41,792 bases of DNA from Bryobacteraceae bacterium (GTDB lineage Bacteria > Acidobacteriota > Terriglobia > Bryobacterales > Bryobacteraceae), in the NCBI GenBank assembly GCA_035469225.1, contig DATIRX010000218.1, positions 1 to 41,792 on the forward strand, in the 5' to 3' direction. The position numbers were made by a program, and so were the translations under genes. Positions within the stretch are counted from its first letter, which is position 1. Each line of letters starts with the position of its first letter. Positions 11,109 to 19,596 of the stretch are shown one piece after another. The notes under the pieces were generated by a model. The model ran no database searches. It worked only from the letters and a program-made list of their open reading frames with translations, and was not told where the DNA came from.

Positions 11109-11750
11109 ATGTCCGCTCCTTTGGCCGGTAAGTTCCAGGATCACTACAAGGTTCTCGATATCGACGCCAGGTCAGACTCAGAGACGATCGCGCAGGCCTA
11201 TGGCAGACTGGCGCAGAAGTACCATCCGCGAAATGGCCAAACCGGTGATCAAGACAAGTTTGATGCCGTCAACTTGGCGTATGAGGTCCTCACCGACCCG
11301 GCGCTGCGGGCCGAGTTCGACAAACTAAGGACCGGCGGCGAGGAAAAGGCCGAGTTCAATTTCAGCGGCCTGGACTTTTTCACCGCGCTGGGGCGAGAGA
11401 CTGCTTTGCGCGCGACTCTGCTTTGCATCCTCTACGACCGCAGGCGCCTTAAACCGTTCACTCCCGGCCTGGCGATGCGAAGAGTGGAAGCCATGCTTGA
11501 GACTACCTCCGAAGGACTCAACTTCGCGCTGTGGTACTTGAAACAGCGCAGCCTTGTGACCAGCGATGACAAAAGCAATCTGCTGATCACGGTGGAGGGG
11601 ATGGATTACCTGGAAACGAATCCTCCCACACCCGAGATGGTGATGCCGCTCATCAAGGCCGGGGGACTGGCTCCCAAGACGCAATCGGCGGACGCCGCCC
11701 GAGGCGACCTCAACGTCAAGCGGATCCGGGAAGCACTCTCGCGGGTTTAG
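11109..11750 (+). CDS. J-domain (DnaJ-like) protein with a non-canonical HPR tripeptide and an uncharacterised C-terminal domain
   Basis: DHYKVLDIDARSDSETIAQAYGRLAQKYHPRNG...FDAVNLAYEVLTDPALRAEFDKL matches the J-domain helices I-III. Confidence 0.75.
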   Translation: MSAPLAGKFQDHYKVLDIDARSDSETIAQAYGRLAQKYHPRNGQTGDQDKFDAVNLAYEVLTDPALRAEFDKLRTGGEEKAEFNFSGLDFFTALGRETALRATLLCILYDRRRLKPFTPGLAMRRVEAMLETTSEGLNFALWYLKQRSLVTSDDKSNLLITVEGMDYLETNPPTPEMVMPLIKAGGLAPKTQSADAARGDLNVKRIREALSRV

Positions 11751-12198
11751 GGGCTCTCGCATTAGCGATCAGCCGGTCGAGAGAGAACGCTCCCGCGCCT
11801 CGAACCAGAACCGTGACGATGAGCGCGATTGCCAGCAGGTGATATTCGTAGCCTTCTCCCATCTGACGCCCCTGCCAGTTCATAAAGAAGTTTGGGTAAA
11901 GATGATTGGCGAAGGGCGCCACCAGCATCACTCCCAGTACGCCGGATGCCGCAACCCTGCTGAACAGGCCGAAGAACAAGCCGATGGCCCCGAATACCTC
12001 GGCCGTCATCGCCAGCACGGTTAAGGGCGCGGGAATGCCCATGGACTGCTCGAAGATCGCGATCGTGCCGGAAACTCCGCGGCCGCCGAAGAATCCGAAC
12101 ATCTTTTGCGATCCGTGAGCGAAGAAAATGACTGCCAGGATCACCCGCGCCAGGGTGAGGGTAGGGTCGCTGGGGGTCGAAAGCAGTTTACGGAGCAT
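11716..12198 (-). CDS. DoxX family membrane protein
   Basis: The start was chosen at the internal ATG (MLRKLL...). Four TM helices and the motif ARVILAVIFFAHGSQKMFG are typical of DoxX. The 3' end overlaps the convergent J-protein gene by 35 nt. Confidence 0.8.
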   Translation of the reverse strand: MLRKLLSTPSDPTLTLARVILAVIFFAHGSQKMFGFFGGRGVSGTIAIFEQSMGIPAPLTVLAMTAEVFGAIGLFFGLFSRVAASGVLGVMLVAPFANHLYPNFFMNWQGRQMGEGYEYHLLAIALIVTVLVRGAGAFSLDRLIANARAPKPARVLPGSA

Positions 12199-12302
12199 AA
12201 GGAAGCCTCCTGAACACGATATATTAATTCCCGGAGACGCGTATTCAACCGGGGTCACAGCTCGGACCGTATAAAATCGAGGCGCCCCTGGGCGCCGGCG
12301 GC

Positions 12303-14564
12303 ATGGGCGAGGTGCATCGCGCTCGCGACACGCGCCTGGGCCGGACGGTAGCGATCAAAGTCCTGCCGCATGACAAGCTGGCAGATCCCGAACGGAAGCG
12401 CCGGTTTCTGCAGGAAGCGCGTGCCGCCTCGGCGCTCAATCATCCCAACATCGTTACGTTGTACGACATTTCGAGCCAGGGGGATATCGACTTTCTGGTG
12501 ATGGAGTACGTGCCCGGCAAAGCGCTCGACCGCATGATTCCTCCCGGGGGAATGGCGGCGGCCGATGTGCGGGTATATGCGATCCAGATGGCCGGTGCGC
12601 TGGCCGCGGCCCATGCGGCGGGAATCGTCCATCGCGATTTGAAACCGGCGAACATGATCGTAACGCCGGAGGGGCAGGTGAAGGTGCTGGACTTCGGCTT
12701 GGCCAAACTGGCTGGGCCGGAGCACGGAGATCCTTCAGGGGATACGCGCACCATCGGACCGTCGCTCACCGAAACCGGCGTGGTGATGGGCACCGTGGGG
12801 TACATGTCGCCGGAGCAGGTGCGCGGCGAGGAGGCGGATCACCGCAGCGATATTTTCTCGCTGGGCTGCGTGCTGTACCAGATGGTGACGTCGCACCCGC
12901 CCTTCACCCGGCACACGGCGGCCGAGACCATGGCGGCGATTTTGCGCGACGATCCTGCGCCCCCCGGGAAGCCGATTCCCGCGGATTTAGAGCAGACCAT
13001 CCGGCGGGCGCTTGAAAAAAATCCGGCGGCGCGGTTCCAGAACGCCGGGGACCTGGGCGCTGCCCTGAAACGCGAACCCCGCGCGGAAGAGTCCCGGCCC
13101 GCCCGTCGATATCTGATCGCCGGAGCGGGCGCGGCGGTACTGCTGGCGGCCGCTGGAACATGGTGGCGGCGAAGCACGGGCGCGGCGCAAATCGATTCGC
13201 TGGCCGTGCTGCCGCTGACCAATGCGACGGGTGATCCGGCCAACGACTACGTCGCCGAAGGCATCGCGGAAAGCGTGATCAATCGCCTGTCCCAAACCAA
13301 GCTGAAGGTCACCGCGCGGGCCACGGCCTTCCGGATTCAGACCAGGGACTTCGATCCGGTGGCGGTCGGCAAGCAGCTCAACGTAGGCGCCGTGATGACC
13401 GGAAGAGTCACCAAGCAAGGCGACCAGCTGGTGGTCCAGACCGAACTGGTGAACGCATCCGATGGGACCCAGATGTGGGGCGACCGGTTTATTCGTCCGC
13501 TGGCGCAGATGCAGTTGTTCGAAGAAGAGATTTCGAAAAACATCGCCGAGACGCTGCGCTTGCGGCTGACACAGACGGAGAATCTGCAGTTCGCTAAACA
13601 CGACACCACCGATCCGGAAGCCTACAAGGCGTATCTGCAGGGGCAGTTTTACTGGAACAAGTACACCGACGAAGGCTTCGTCAAGGCAATCGAGTACTTC
13701 ACGACTGCCACGCAGAGGGATTCGAGTTATGCCCGGGCTTATGCCGGGCTTGCTCACGCGTACGGAATTCAGGCGGCCGATGTTTACCGGCCGCCTCGAG
13801 AGGTGATGCCCCAAGCGAAAGCCGCCGCGGAAACGGCCCTGCGGCTGGACGATGGCCTGGCGGAAGCGCATACGTCACTGGGTATCTACAACCTGTTCTA
13901 CGCCTGGGACTGGCCCGCGGCGGGGCGGGACTTTCAGCGGGCGCTGGCGCTCGACCCGAAGAGTTCGGACGCGCTCCACTTTTATAGCCACTATCTGGAA
14001 TCGCAGGGGCAGACGCAGGAAGCGATTTCCGTCATGAAACGCGCCGTGGATCTGGATCCGCTGTCGCTGATCATCAACAACGAATATGGCTACGCCTTGT
14101 ACATGGGGCGGAAGTTTCCCGACGCACACCGGGCTTGGCAAAGAGGGGTTGAACTAGATCGGAGCTTCGTCCTGTCTCAAATGGAACTGGCGCAGGCTCT
14201 GGAGCGATTGGGCCGATACGATGACGCCATCGAGGCGGTGAAGAGAGCGCTCCAGGTGGAGGCTTCCTCGAGTAATCAGATCGAGCTGGCCTGCGCCTAC
14301 GCGGCGGCCGGCAAACAATCAGAAGCCCGCAAGGTCCTGGAGCAGGTGAAGGAACTCAGCTCGCGGGAATTCGTCGACTTCGGAATGGTGGCGTACGCGT
14401 ACGCGGAACTCCATGATACGGAGGAAACCTTCCGGTGGCTCGAAAGAGCGTATGAGCAGCGGTCCACAACGTTGGTCATGCTCCAGGTGGAAGCCAAGTT
14501 CGATCCCGTACGGTCCGACCGGCGGTTCGGGGCATTTCTGCAGCGAATGAAGCTTACCGGCTGA
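12303..14564 (+). CDS. Ser/Thr protein kinase with TolB-N-like segment and TPR repeats; true start probably lies upstream of the first ATG
   Basis: VAIK, HRDLKPANMI, DFGLAK and SPEQ are present. The in-frame upstream codons 12228-12302 encode LGPYKIEAPLGAGG, the glycine-rich loop, but contain no ATG, GTG or TTG. Confidence 0.85.
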   Translation: MGEVHRARDTRLGRTVAIKVLPHDKLADPERKRRFLQEARAASALNHPNIVTLYDISSQGDIDFLVMEYVPGKALDRMIPPGGMAAADVRVYAIQMAGALAAAHAAGIVHRDLKPANMIVTPEGQVKVLDFGLAKLAGPEHGDPSGDTRTIGPSLTETGVVMGTVGYMSPEQVRGEEADHRSDIFSLGCVLYQMVTSHPPFTRHTAAETMAAILRDDPAPPGKPIPADLEQTIRRALEKNPAARFQNAGDLGAALKREPRAEESRPARRYLIAGAGAAVLLAAAGTWWRRSTGAAQIDSLAVLPLTNATGDPANDYVAEGIAESVINRLSQTKLKVTARATAFRIQTRDFDPVAVGKQLNVGAVMTGRVTKQGDQLVVQTELVNASDGTQMWGDRFIRPLAQMQLFEEEISKNIAETLRLRLTQTENLQFAKHDTTDPEAYKAYLQGQFYWNKYTDEGFVKAIEYFTTATQRDSSYARAYAGLAHAYGIQAADVYRPPREVMPQAKAAAETALRLDDGLAEAHTSLGIYNLFYAWDWPAAGRDFQRALALDPKSSDALHFYSHYLESQGQTQEAISVMKRAVDLDPLSLIINNEYGYALYMGRKFPDAHRAWQRGVELDRSFVLSQMELAQALERLGRYDDAIEAVKRALQVEASSSNQIELACAYAAAGKQSEARKVLEQVKELSSREFVDFGMVAYAYAELHDTEETFRWLERAYEQRSTTLVMLQVEAKFDPVRSDRRFGAFLQRMKLTG

Positions 14565-14567
14565 TTT

Positions 14568-14587
14568 GGTCGGTCTGAAGACCGGCC
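14568..14587 (+). terminator. Hairpin 3 nt after the kinase stop codon (GGUCGGUC-UGAA-GACCGGCC)
   Basis: 8-bp stem including one G-U pair, with a 4-nt loop. No U-tract. A TATACT -10-like hexamer follows at 14591-14596, ahead of metX. Confidence 0.3.
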
Positions 14588-14608
14588 CACTATACTAAGA
14601 GTATTCCC

Positions 14609-15679
14609 ATGGTGACGGAGGTTGCGAGCTGTACTTTCGACCGGCTGGAGCTGGATTCCGGGCTTAGCCTGGCTCCGGTGGAGGTCGCCTATGAGACCTA
14701 CGGCGAGCTGAACGCGGCCCGCTCCAACGCCGTCATGATTGTGCACGCGTTTTCAGGCGACGCGCACGCGGCCGGCGAAGGCGGCTGGTGGTCCACCATG
14801 ATCGGGCCCGGCAAGGCCTTCGACACCGACAAATACTTCGTCATTTGTTCTAACGTGCTGGGCGGATGCCGCGGGACGACCGGCCCCGGCTCCATCAACC
14901 CGGAAACAGGCTGCCCTTGGGCGATGACTTTCCCGCAAGTCACGATCGCCGATATGGTGCGGCTGCAAAAGATGCTGATCGACCATCTGGGCATCGGCCG
15001 TCTGCTGACCGTATCGGGCGGATCGATGGGCGGGATGCAGGCGCTGGAGTGGGCCGCCACCTATCCGGACCGGGTGGCGTCGGCCATCCCCATTGCGACC
15101 ACTGCCCGGCATAGCGCGCAGCAGATTGCCTTCAACGAAGTAGGGCGGCAGGCCATCATGGCGGATCCGGACTGGAACAACGGCAACTACTACGGCGGCC
15201 GGCTGCCGGGCCGCGGCCTGGCGGTGGCGCGCATGGTGGGCCACATCACCTACATGAGCGACGAGAGCATGCGCGAGAAGTTCGGCCGCAAGCTGCGCAC
15301 GCCGGATCAGTTCGAGGTGGAAAGCTACTTGAAGTACCGCGGCTACAAGTTCGTCGATCGATTTGACGCGAACTCCTACATCTACATCACGCGCGCCATG
15401 GACACCTTCGATCTGACCCAGCACGGCGCCCTGCAGACGCTATTCGAGTTGAACAAAACCCGGTTTCTGCTGATCAGCTTCACATCGGACTGGCTGTATC
15501 CGCCCTATCAGTCCCTGGAAATCGTGAAGGCCTTGCGCGGCCGGAATTGCGACGTAGCGTATTGCAATCTGGATGCGCGCTATGGGCACGATTCCTTCCT
15601 GGTGGAAGTGGAGCAGCAGACCGAAGTGGTGCGCGGGTTCCTGGCCAGCACGTTCCGGGAGGCGGCCGCGAATGCGTAG
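14609..15679 (+). CDS. metX: Homoserine O-acetyltransferase
   Basis: Alpha/beta hydrolase with nucleophile elbow [13 protein letters not shown]-terminus reads [10 protein letters not shown]...[12 protein letters not shown]. MetW follows directly. Confidence 0.9.
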   Translation: MVTEVASCTFDRLELDSGLSLAPVEVAYETYGELNAARSNAVMIVHAFSGDAHAAGEGGWWSTMIGPGKAFDTDKYFVICSNVLGGCRGTTGPGSINPETGCPWAMTFPQVTIADMVRLQKMLIDHLGIGRLLTVSGGSMGGMQALEWAATYPDRVASAIPIATTARHSAQQIAFNEVGRQAIMADPDWNNGNYYGGRLPGRGLAVARMVGHITYMSDESMREKFGRKLRTPDQFEVESYLKYRGYKFVDRFDANSYIYITRAMDTFDLTQHGALQTLFELNKTRFLLISFTSDWLYPPYQSLEIVKALRGRNCDVAYCNLDARYGHDSFLVEVEQQTEVVRGFLASTFREAAANA

Positions 15680-15690
15680 CCGCATGCGTA

Positions 15691-16296
15691 ATGTCGATGC
15701 GTAAGGTCTATGGGCGGCGCGACTTCGCCATCATCGGAGAACTGATCGAGCCGCGCACGCGGGTGCTGGATCTGGGCTGCGGCGAAGGGGAACTGCTGGC
15801 CTGGCTCAAAGAGAACAAGCAAGTGGACGGGCGCGGCGTCGAGATGGAAGGCGCGCGCGTGCAGAAGGCCATCTCGCGCGGAGCTTCGGTCTATCAGGGC
15901 GATCTCGAGTCGGCCGTAGAGGATTATCCGGATCAAGCCTTCGATTACGTGGTCCTGTCACAGACGCTGCAGGAGACGCGTTATCCCCTGCGCGTCCTCA
16001 ATGGGATGCTGCGAGTAGGCAAGCGCGCCGTCGTGGCGTTCCCTAATTTCGGACACTATTCGGTCCGGCTCGCCTGGCTGCTGAGCGGCCGGGCGCCGCG
16101 GACCGACCTGTTTCCCTACGATTGGTTCGATTCGCCCAATATTCATTTCCTGACGGTGCTGGATTTCGAGGCGCTGGTTGAAAAGCAGGGATGGAAAGTG
16201 GAGCGGAGGATTTTCGTGGCCGGGGAGCGTCAGGTAACCTGGATGCCGAACCTCATGGCGGAAATCGCGGTCTTTGAAGTATCGGGAAAAGGGTGA
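15691..16296 (+). CDS. metW: Methionine biosynthesis protein MetW
   Basis: The ATG at 15691 lies 12 nt after the metX stop. SAM-MTase-like motif VLDLGCGEGELL. Typical MetW length and position. Confidence 0.85.
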   Translation: MSMRKVYGRRDFAIIGELIEPRTRVLDLGCGEGELLAWLKENKQVDGRGVEMEGARVQKAISRGASVYQGDLESAVEDYPDQAFDYVVLSQTLQETRYPLRVLNGMLRVGKRAVVAFPNFGHYSVRLAWLLSGRAPRTDLFPYDWFDSPNIHFLTVLDFEALVEKQGWKVERRIFVAGERQVTWMPNLMAEIAVFEVSGKG

Positions 16297-17183
16297 AGAT
16301 CCGTTTCACGGGTGAATCGGGCCAGCGCCTGGACCATTTCCTGCAAGAGCAACTTAGCGCATACAGCCGGTCGCGGATTCAATCCTGGATCAGGGAAGAC
16401 CGCGTGCTGGTCGATGGCGCTCCGGCGAAATCCTCACTCCTGCTGCGCGGCGGAGAAACCATCGACGTTTCCCCGGCCGATCTGCCTCCGCTGAAGGCGA
16501 CAGCGGAAGACCTTCCGGTCGAAATCCTGTACGAAGACGCTGCGGTGATCGCCGTGAACAAGCCGGCCGGACTGACCGTCCACGCGGGCGCAGGCCAACA
16601 CGCCGGGACCCTGGTCAACCGGCTGGTGCATCACTTCCAGGGGCTGTCGCAAGTGGGAGGCGATGAGCGTCCCGGCATCGTGCACCGTCTGGATAAGGAC
16701 ACCAGCGGGGTCCTTCTGGTGGCCCGGACCGATGCGGCGCATCGCGCCCTGGCGGCGCAGTTCTCCGGACGCACGGTGGAGAAGGTCTATCTGGCGCTGG
16801 TTAACGGACAGGTGAAGGATGATTCGGGGCGCATCACCAAACCCATTTCCCGAGATCCCCGGAGACGCATTCGCATGACGGCGCGGCTGGGTACCGGCCG
16901 GGAAGCCATTACCGAATATCGCGTTCGGCAGCGCTGGGAGAAGTTCACGTACCTGGAAGTGCGCATCAGGACCGGCCGTACGCATCAAATCCGGGTACAC
17001 CTGGCCAGCCTCGGGCATCCGGTGGCCGGCGATCGCACCTATGGAGCGCCTCCGGCCGCGCGGCTGTTCCTGCATGCCTGGCGAATCGGCTTCATAAGCC
17101 CTGCAACCGGCCAGGCCGTGACCGTGGAGGCTCCGCTGCCTCCGGAGCTGATGGCGTGGCTCGAGTCGCTGGCGGGGCTATAA
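16293..17183 (+). CDS. rluD: RluA-family 23S rRNA pseudouridine synthase (RluD-like)
   Basis: S4-like N-terminus, catalytic motif HRLDKDTSGVLLVA, and GRTHQIRVH. The GTG start overlaps the metW stop (GTGA). Confidence 0.85.
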   Translation: MKIRFTGESGQRLDHFLQEQLSAYSRSRIQSWIREDRVLVDGAPAKSSLLLRGGETIDVSPADLPPLKATAEDLPVEILYEDAAVIAVNKPAGLTVHAGAGQHAGTLVNRLVHHFQGLSQVGGDERPGIVHRLDKDTSGVLLVARTDAAHRALAAQFSGRTVEKVYLALVNGQVKDDSGRITKPISRDPRRRIRMTARLGTGREAITEYRVRQRWEKFTYLEVRIRTGRTHQIRVHLASLGHPVAGDRTYGAPPAARLFLHAWRIGFISPATGQAVTVEAPLPPELMAWLESLAGL

Positions 17184-17191
17184 TAAGTGCC

Positions 17192-18130
17192 ATGAAACGC
17201 GGAATCATTGCGCTGCTGAGCGTGGCGCTGGTATTCGGGCAGAACGCCAAACAACGGCCCGCAGGAGCGCCGCCCGACGACCAGAGCCGCATTACGGTGG
17301 ATGTGACCCGCGTGAATCTGCTGTACACCGTGACGGACAAGAAGGGCCGCTTCGTCAGCGATTTGACCAAAGACGAGTTTGAGATTATCGAGAACAAGAA
17401 GAAACAGACCATTCTGGAGTTCACCGCCGAAACCGACCTGCCGCTGCGCCTGGCGATCCTGATCGATACCAGCAACAGCATTCGCGACCGGTTCCGGTTC
17501 ATCCAGGAGGCCGCGACCAATTTCATCACCACGGTGATGCGTCCCGGCAAAGATAAGGCCATCGTGGTCAGCTTCGATACGTCGCCGGAGCTGGTGGCGG
17601 ATCTGACCGACGACCAGGTTGCCGTCACCAAAGCCATCCGCGAGCTGCGGCCCGGCGGGGGCACGGCTTTGTACGACGCGATTTTCTTTTCCTGCCGGGA
17701 TGTTCTGATGAAAGATCAGCCGCGCGACAAGTTCCGCCGCGCCGTGGTGGTGTTGAGCGACGGCGACGACAATCAGAGCCGCTGGACGCGCGAACAGGCT
17801 CTGGAAATGGCGCACAAGGCGGACGCCGTGATTTACACCATCTCCACCAACATCACGCACCTGGAAACCAGCGGCGACAAGGTGCTGAAGCGTTACGCGG
17901 AAGAGACCGGCGGAATGGCGTTCTTCCCCTTCAAGGCCGAGGACATGGGGCAGTCTTTCGAGAACATCTCCAATGAGCTGCGGCACCAGTACAACGTGTT
18001 CTACCGCCCGGATCCGCTGCGCACCGACGGCCTATATCATCCCGTGGAAATCCGGGTGAAGGACCACAAAGAGTTCACCGTGCGGGCTCGCCACGGCTAC
18101 TACGCGCCAACACTGCCTCTGGCGCCTTGA
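17192..18130 (+). CDS. VWA domain protein (acidobacterial TIGR03436-like)
   Basis: Signal peptide MKRGIIALLSVALVFG, MIDAS motif LAILIDTSNSI, and family C-terminal motif RHGYYAP. Confidence 0.8.
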   Translation: MKRGIIALLSVALVFGQNAKQRPAGAPPDDQSRITVDVTRVNLLYTVTDKKGRFVSDLTKDEFEIIENKKKQTILEFTAETDLPLRLAILIDTSNSIRDRFRFIQEAATNFITTVMRPGKDKAIVVSFDTSPELVADLTDDQVAVTKAIRELRPGGGTALYDAIFFSCRDVLMKDQPRDKFRRAVVVLSDGDDNQSRWTREQALEMAHKADAVIYTISTNITHLETSGDKVLKRYAEETGGMAFFPFKAEDMGQSFENISNELRHQYNVFYRPDPLRTDGLYHPVEIRVKDHKEFTVRARHGYYAPTLPLAP

Positions 18131-19040
18131 GCTGTGCCGTCGGCGTGGCGTAATAACCGTTGCGCGTGCGGACCGTGGGCCGCCCGAAACCGGTGACGGT
18201 CACCTTGATCTGCCGGAACGAACCATCCAGCACCTGGTTGGACGACGTGTATCCGAGAACATATTGGTTCCGGAGCTCGTGGGCCACCCGCGGAGTAATC
18301 TCCTCGACATCGCTGAGGTTCTTGGGATAGTAATCCATGCCGCCGGAAGCTTCCGTCAGCGCCTTCAAGGCTTTTTTCGCCGCGCGCGCATCGCGGGCTT
18401 CTTCTTCGTTCAGCATCCCGATGGCATAGATCAGAACCTCGCTATTTTGCGACTTGCGAAGCACCTGTTCCAGTGTTGCGTTGCTGGAGTTATCGTTGCC
18501 GTCGGTGATCACCACCAGAACCTTCTTGTCCTTCTTCCCGTATCGCTTCAGGTAATCGATCGACTGGCTGAGCGCGTCGCGCATGGCCGTGCCCCCGCGG
18601 GCTTCCATGCGGGCCAGCGCCGATTGAAGCTTCTTCACGTCGTTGGTCAGAAGCTGATCGAAATGCGTATCGTCATTAAAATTGACGATGAAGACTTCGT
18701 CTTCCGGGTTGGATTGCTTCACCAGTTCGAGAGCGGCCGCCGCGACGCGGGAACGCTTGCCGTTCATGCTCCCGCTGTTATCGACGATGATGCCCATCGA
18801 AACCGGCACGTCCTCGCGCCGAAACAGCTTGAGGGGTTGCTCCACGCCGTCCTCCCATATCTTGAAGGCCGACTGGGGAACGTTGGTGATCAGTCTTCCG
18901 TTCTTATCTACCACGCTGGCGTGCAGCAGCACCAGCCGCGCATCCAAGCGGTACAGCGGAAGATCGTCCTGCGGGGCTGGCGCTTGGGCGAGCGCGAGTC
19001 CGGCCACCAACATCCACCCGAAACTGCGTGCGTACATCAA
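18075..19040 (-). CDS. VWA domain protein (paralogue, TIGR03436-like)
   Basis: Signal peptide, MIDAS motif MGIIVDNSGSM, and C-terminal RNGYYATP. The 3' tail overlaps the convergent paralogue by 56 nt. Confidence 0.8.
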   Translation of the reverse strand: MMYARSFGWMLVAGLALAQAPAPQDDLPLYRLDARLVLLHASVVDKNGRLITNVPQSAFKIWEDGVEQPLKLFRREDVPVSMGIIVDNSGSMNGKRSRVAAAALELVKQSNPEDEVFIVNFNDDTHFDQLLTNDVKKLQSALARMEARGGTAMRDALSQSIDYLKRYGKKDKKVLVVITDGNDNSSNATLEQVLRKSQNSEVLIYAIGMLNEEEARDARAAKKALKALTEASGGMDYYPKNLSDVEEITPRVAHELRNQYVLGYTSSNQVLDGSFRQIKVTVTGFGRPTVRTRNGYYATPTAQLKAPEAVLARSSRGEPAR

Positions 19041-19044
19041 CTGC

Positions 19045-19596
19045 TTAGAGTCTATCAGGCCCGTTCGAAGGAGTGCCTAGAGGGAGCCCTGGGTAGGTAA
19101 CCAATTCACCTTCCACCCTCGCGAAAGGCGTGTAGGCATGAGGTTTCCGGCTGGCGGCGCTGAGAATGTGTTGGACTTCGATCCCCCGCGCCGCCAAAGC
19201 ATCGGCGATCAGCGAGCGGTGACATCGCCAGGGGACTGCTTCCGCGCACATGATCACGGTCGGGCAAGCGGCTGCGAGATCGATGAGCTTGGCCAGACCC
19301 TCCCGGAAGCCGTCTGTCTGCATGTAATCGGCGTAGCCTCGAAAGCTGGCGTTCTTCCAGCCGGTATTGATGGAGTCCTTCCGGGCGTGCCGGAGCCCGC
19401 CCAGACCGGGCAGATGCACGTACTGAATTCCCTGCTGCCCGAGCGAAGCCGCCAGTTCATCCTGCCCGAATTGAGGATTCCGGCGCGATTTCGGAATCGT
19501 GCGGACATCGATGAGCTGCCGGATGCCATGCGCCCCCAGTATTTCGAGGAATTTCTCGATGGGAAGCGTCGAGTGGCCGATGGTGAAGATCGTCAG
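19045..19596 (-). CDS. DUF488 family protein, probably initiating at CTG 19596
   Basis: The ORF track starts at GTG 19419 (124 aa). However, the same frame stays open up to 19647 and encodes the canonical DUF488 N-terminus (L/M)TIFTIGHSTLPIEKFLEILGAHGIRQLIDVRTIPKSRRNPQF. Confidence 0.6.
   Translation of the reverse strand: MTIFTIGHSTLPIEKFLEILGAHGIRQLIDVRTIPKSRRNPQFGQDELAASLGQQGIQYVHLPGLGGLRHARKDSINTGWKNASFRGYADYMQTDGFREGLAKLIDLAAACPTVIMCAEAVPWRCHRSLIADALAARGIEVQHILSAASRKPHAYTPFARVEGELVTYPGLPLGTPSNGPDRL

Noticed and set aside
17039-17986. Long antisense or out-of-frame ORFs in the GC-rich DNA. Examples: 17039-17986 (-), 18264-19100 (+), 24542-25615 (+), 29346-30296 (-), 30370-31143 (-), 31996-32766 (-), 12987-13871 (-), 2221-3192 (+), 6813-7535 (-), 27692-28471 (-), 22086-23039 (-).
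   Set aside because: All overlap genes with clear family motifs on the other strand or frame. Their products are low-complexity and rich in Arg, Gly, Pro and His, with no recognisable motifs. This is typical of shadow ORFs in high-GC genomes.
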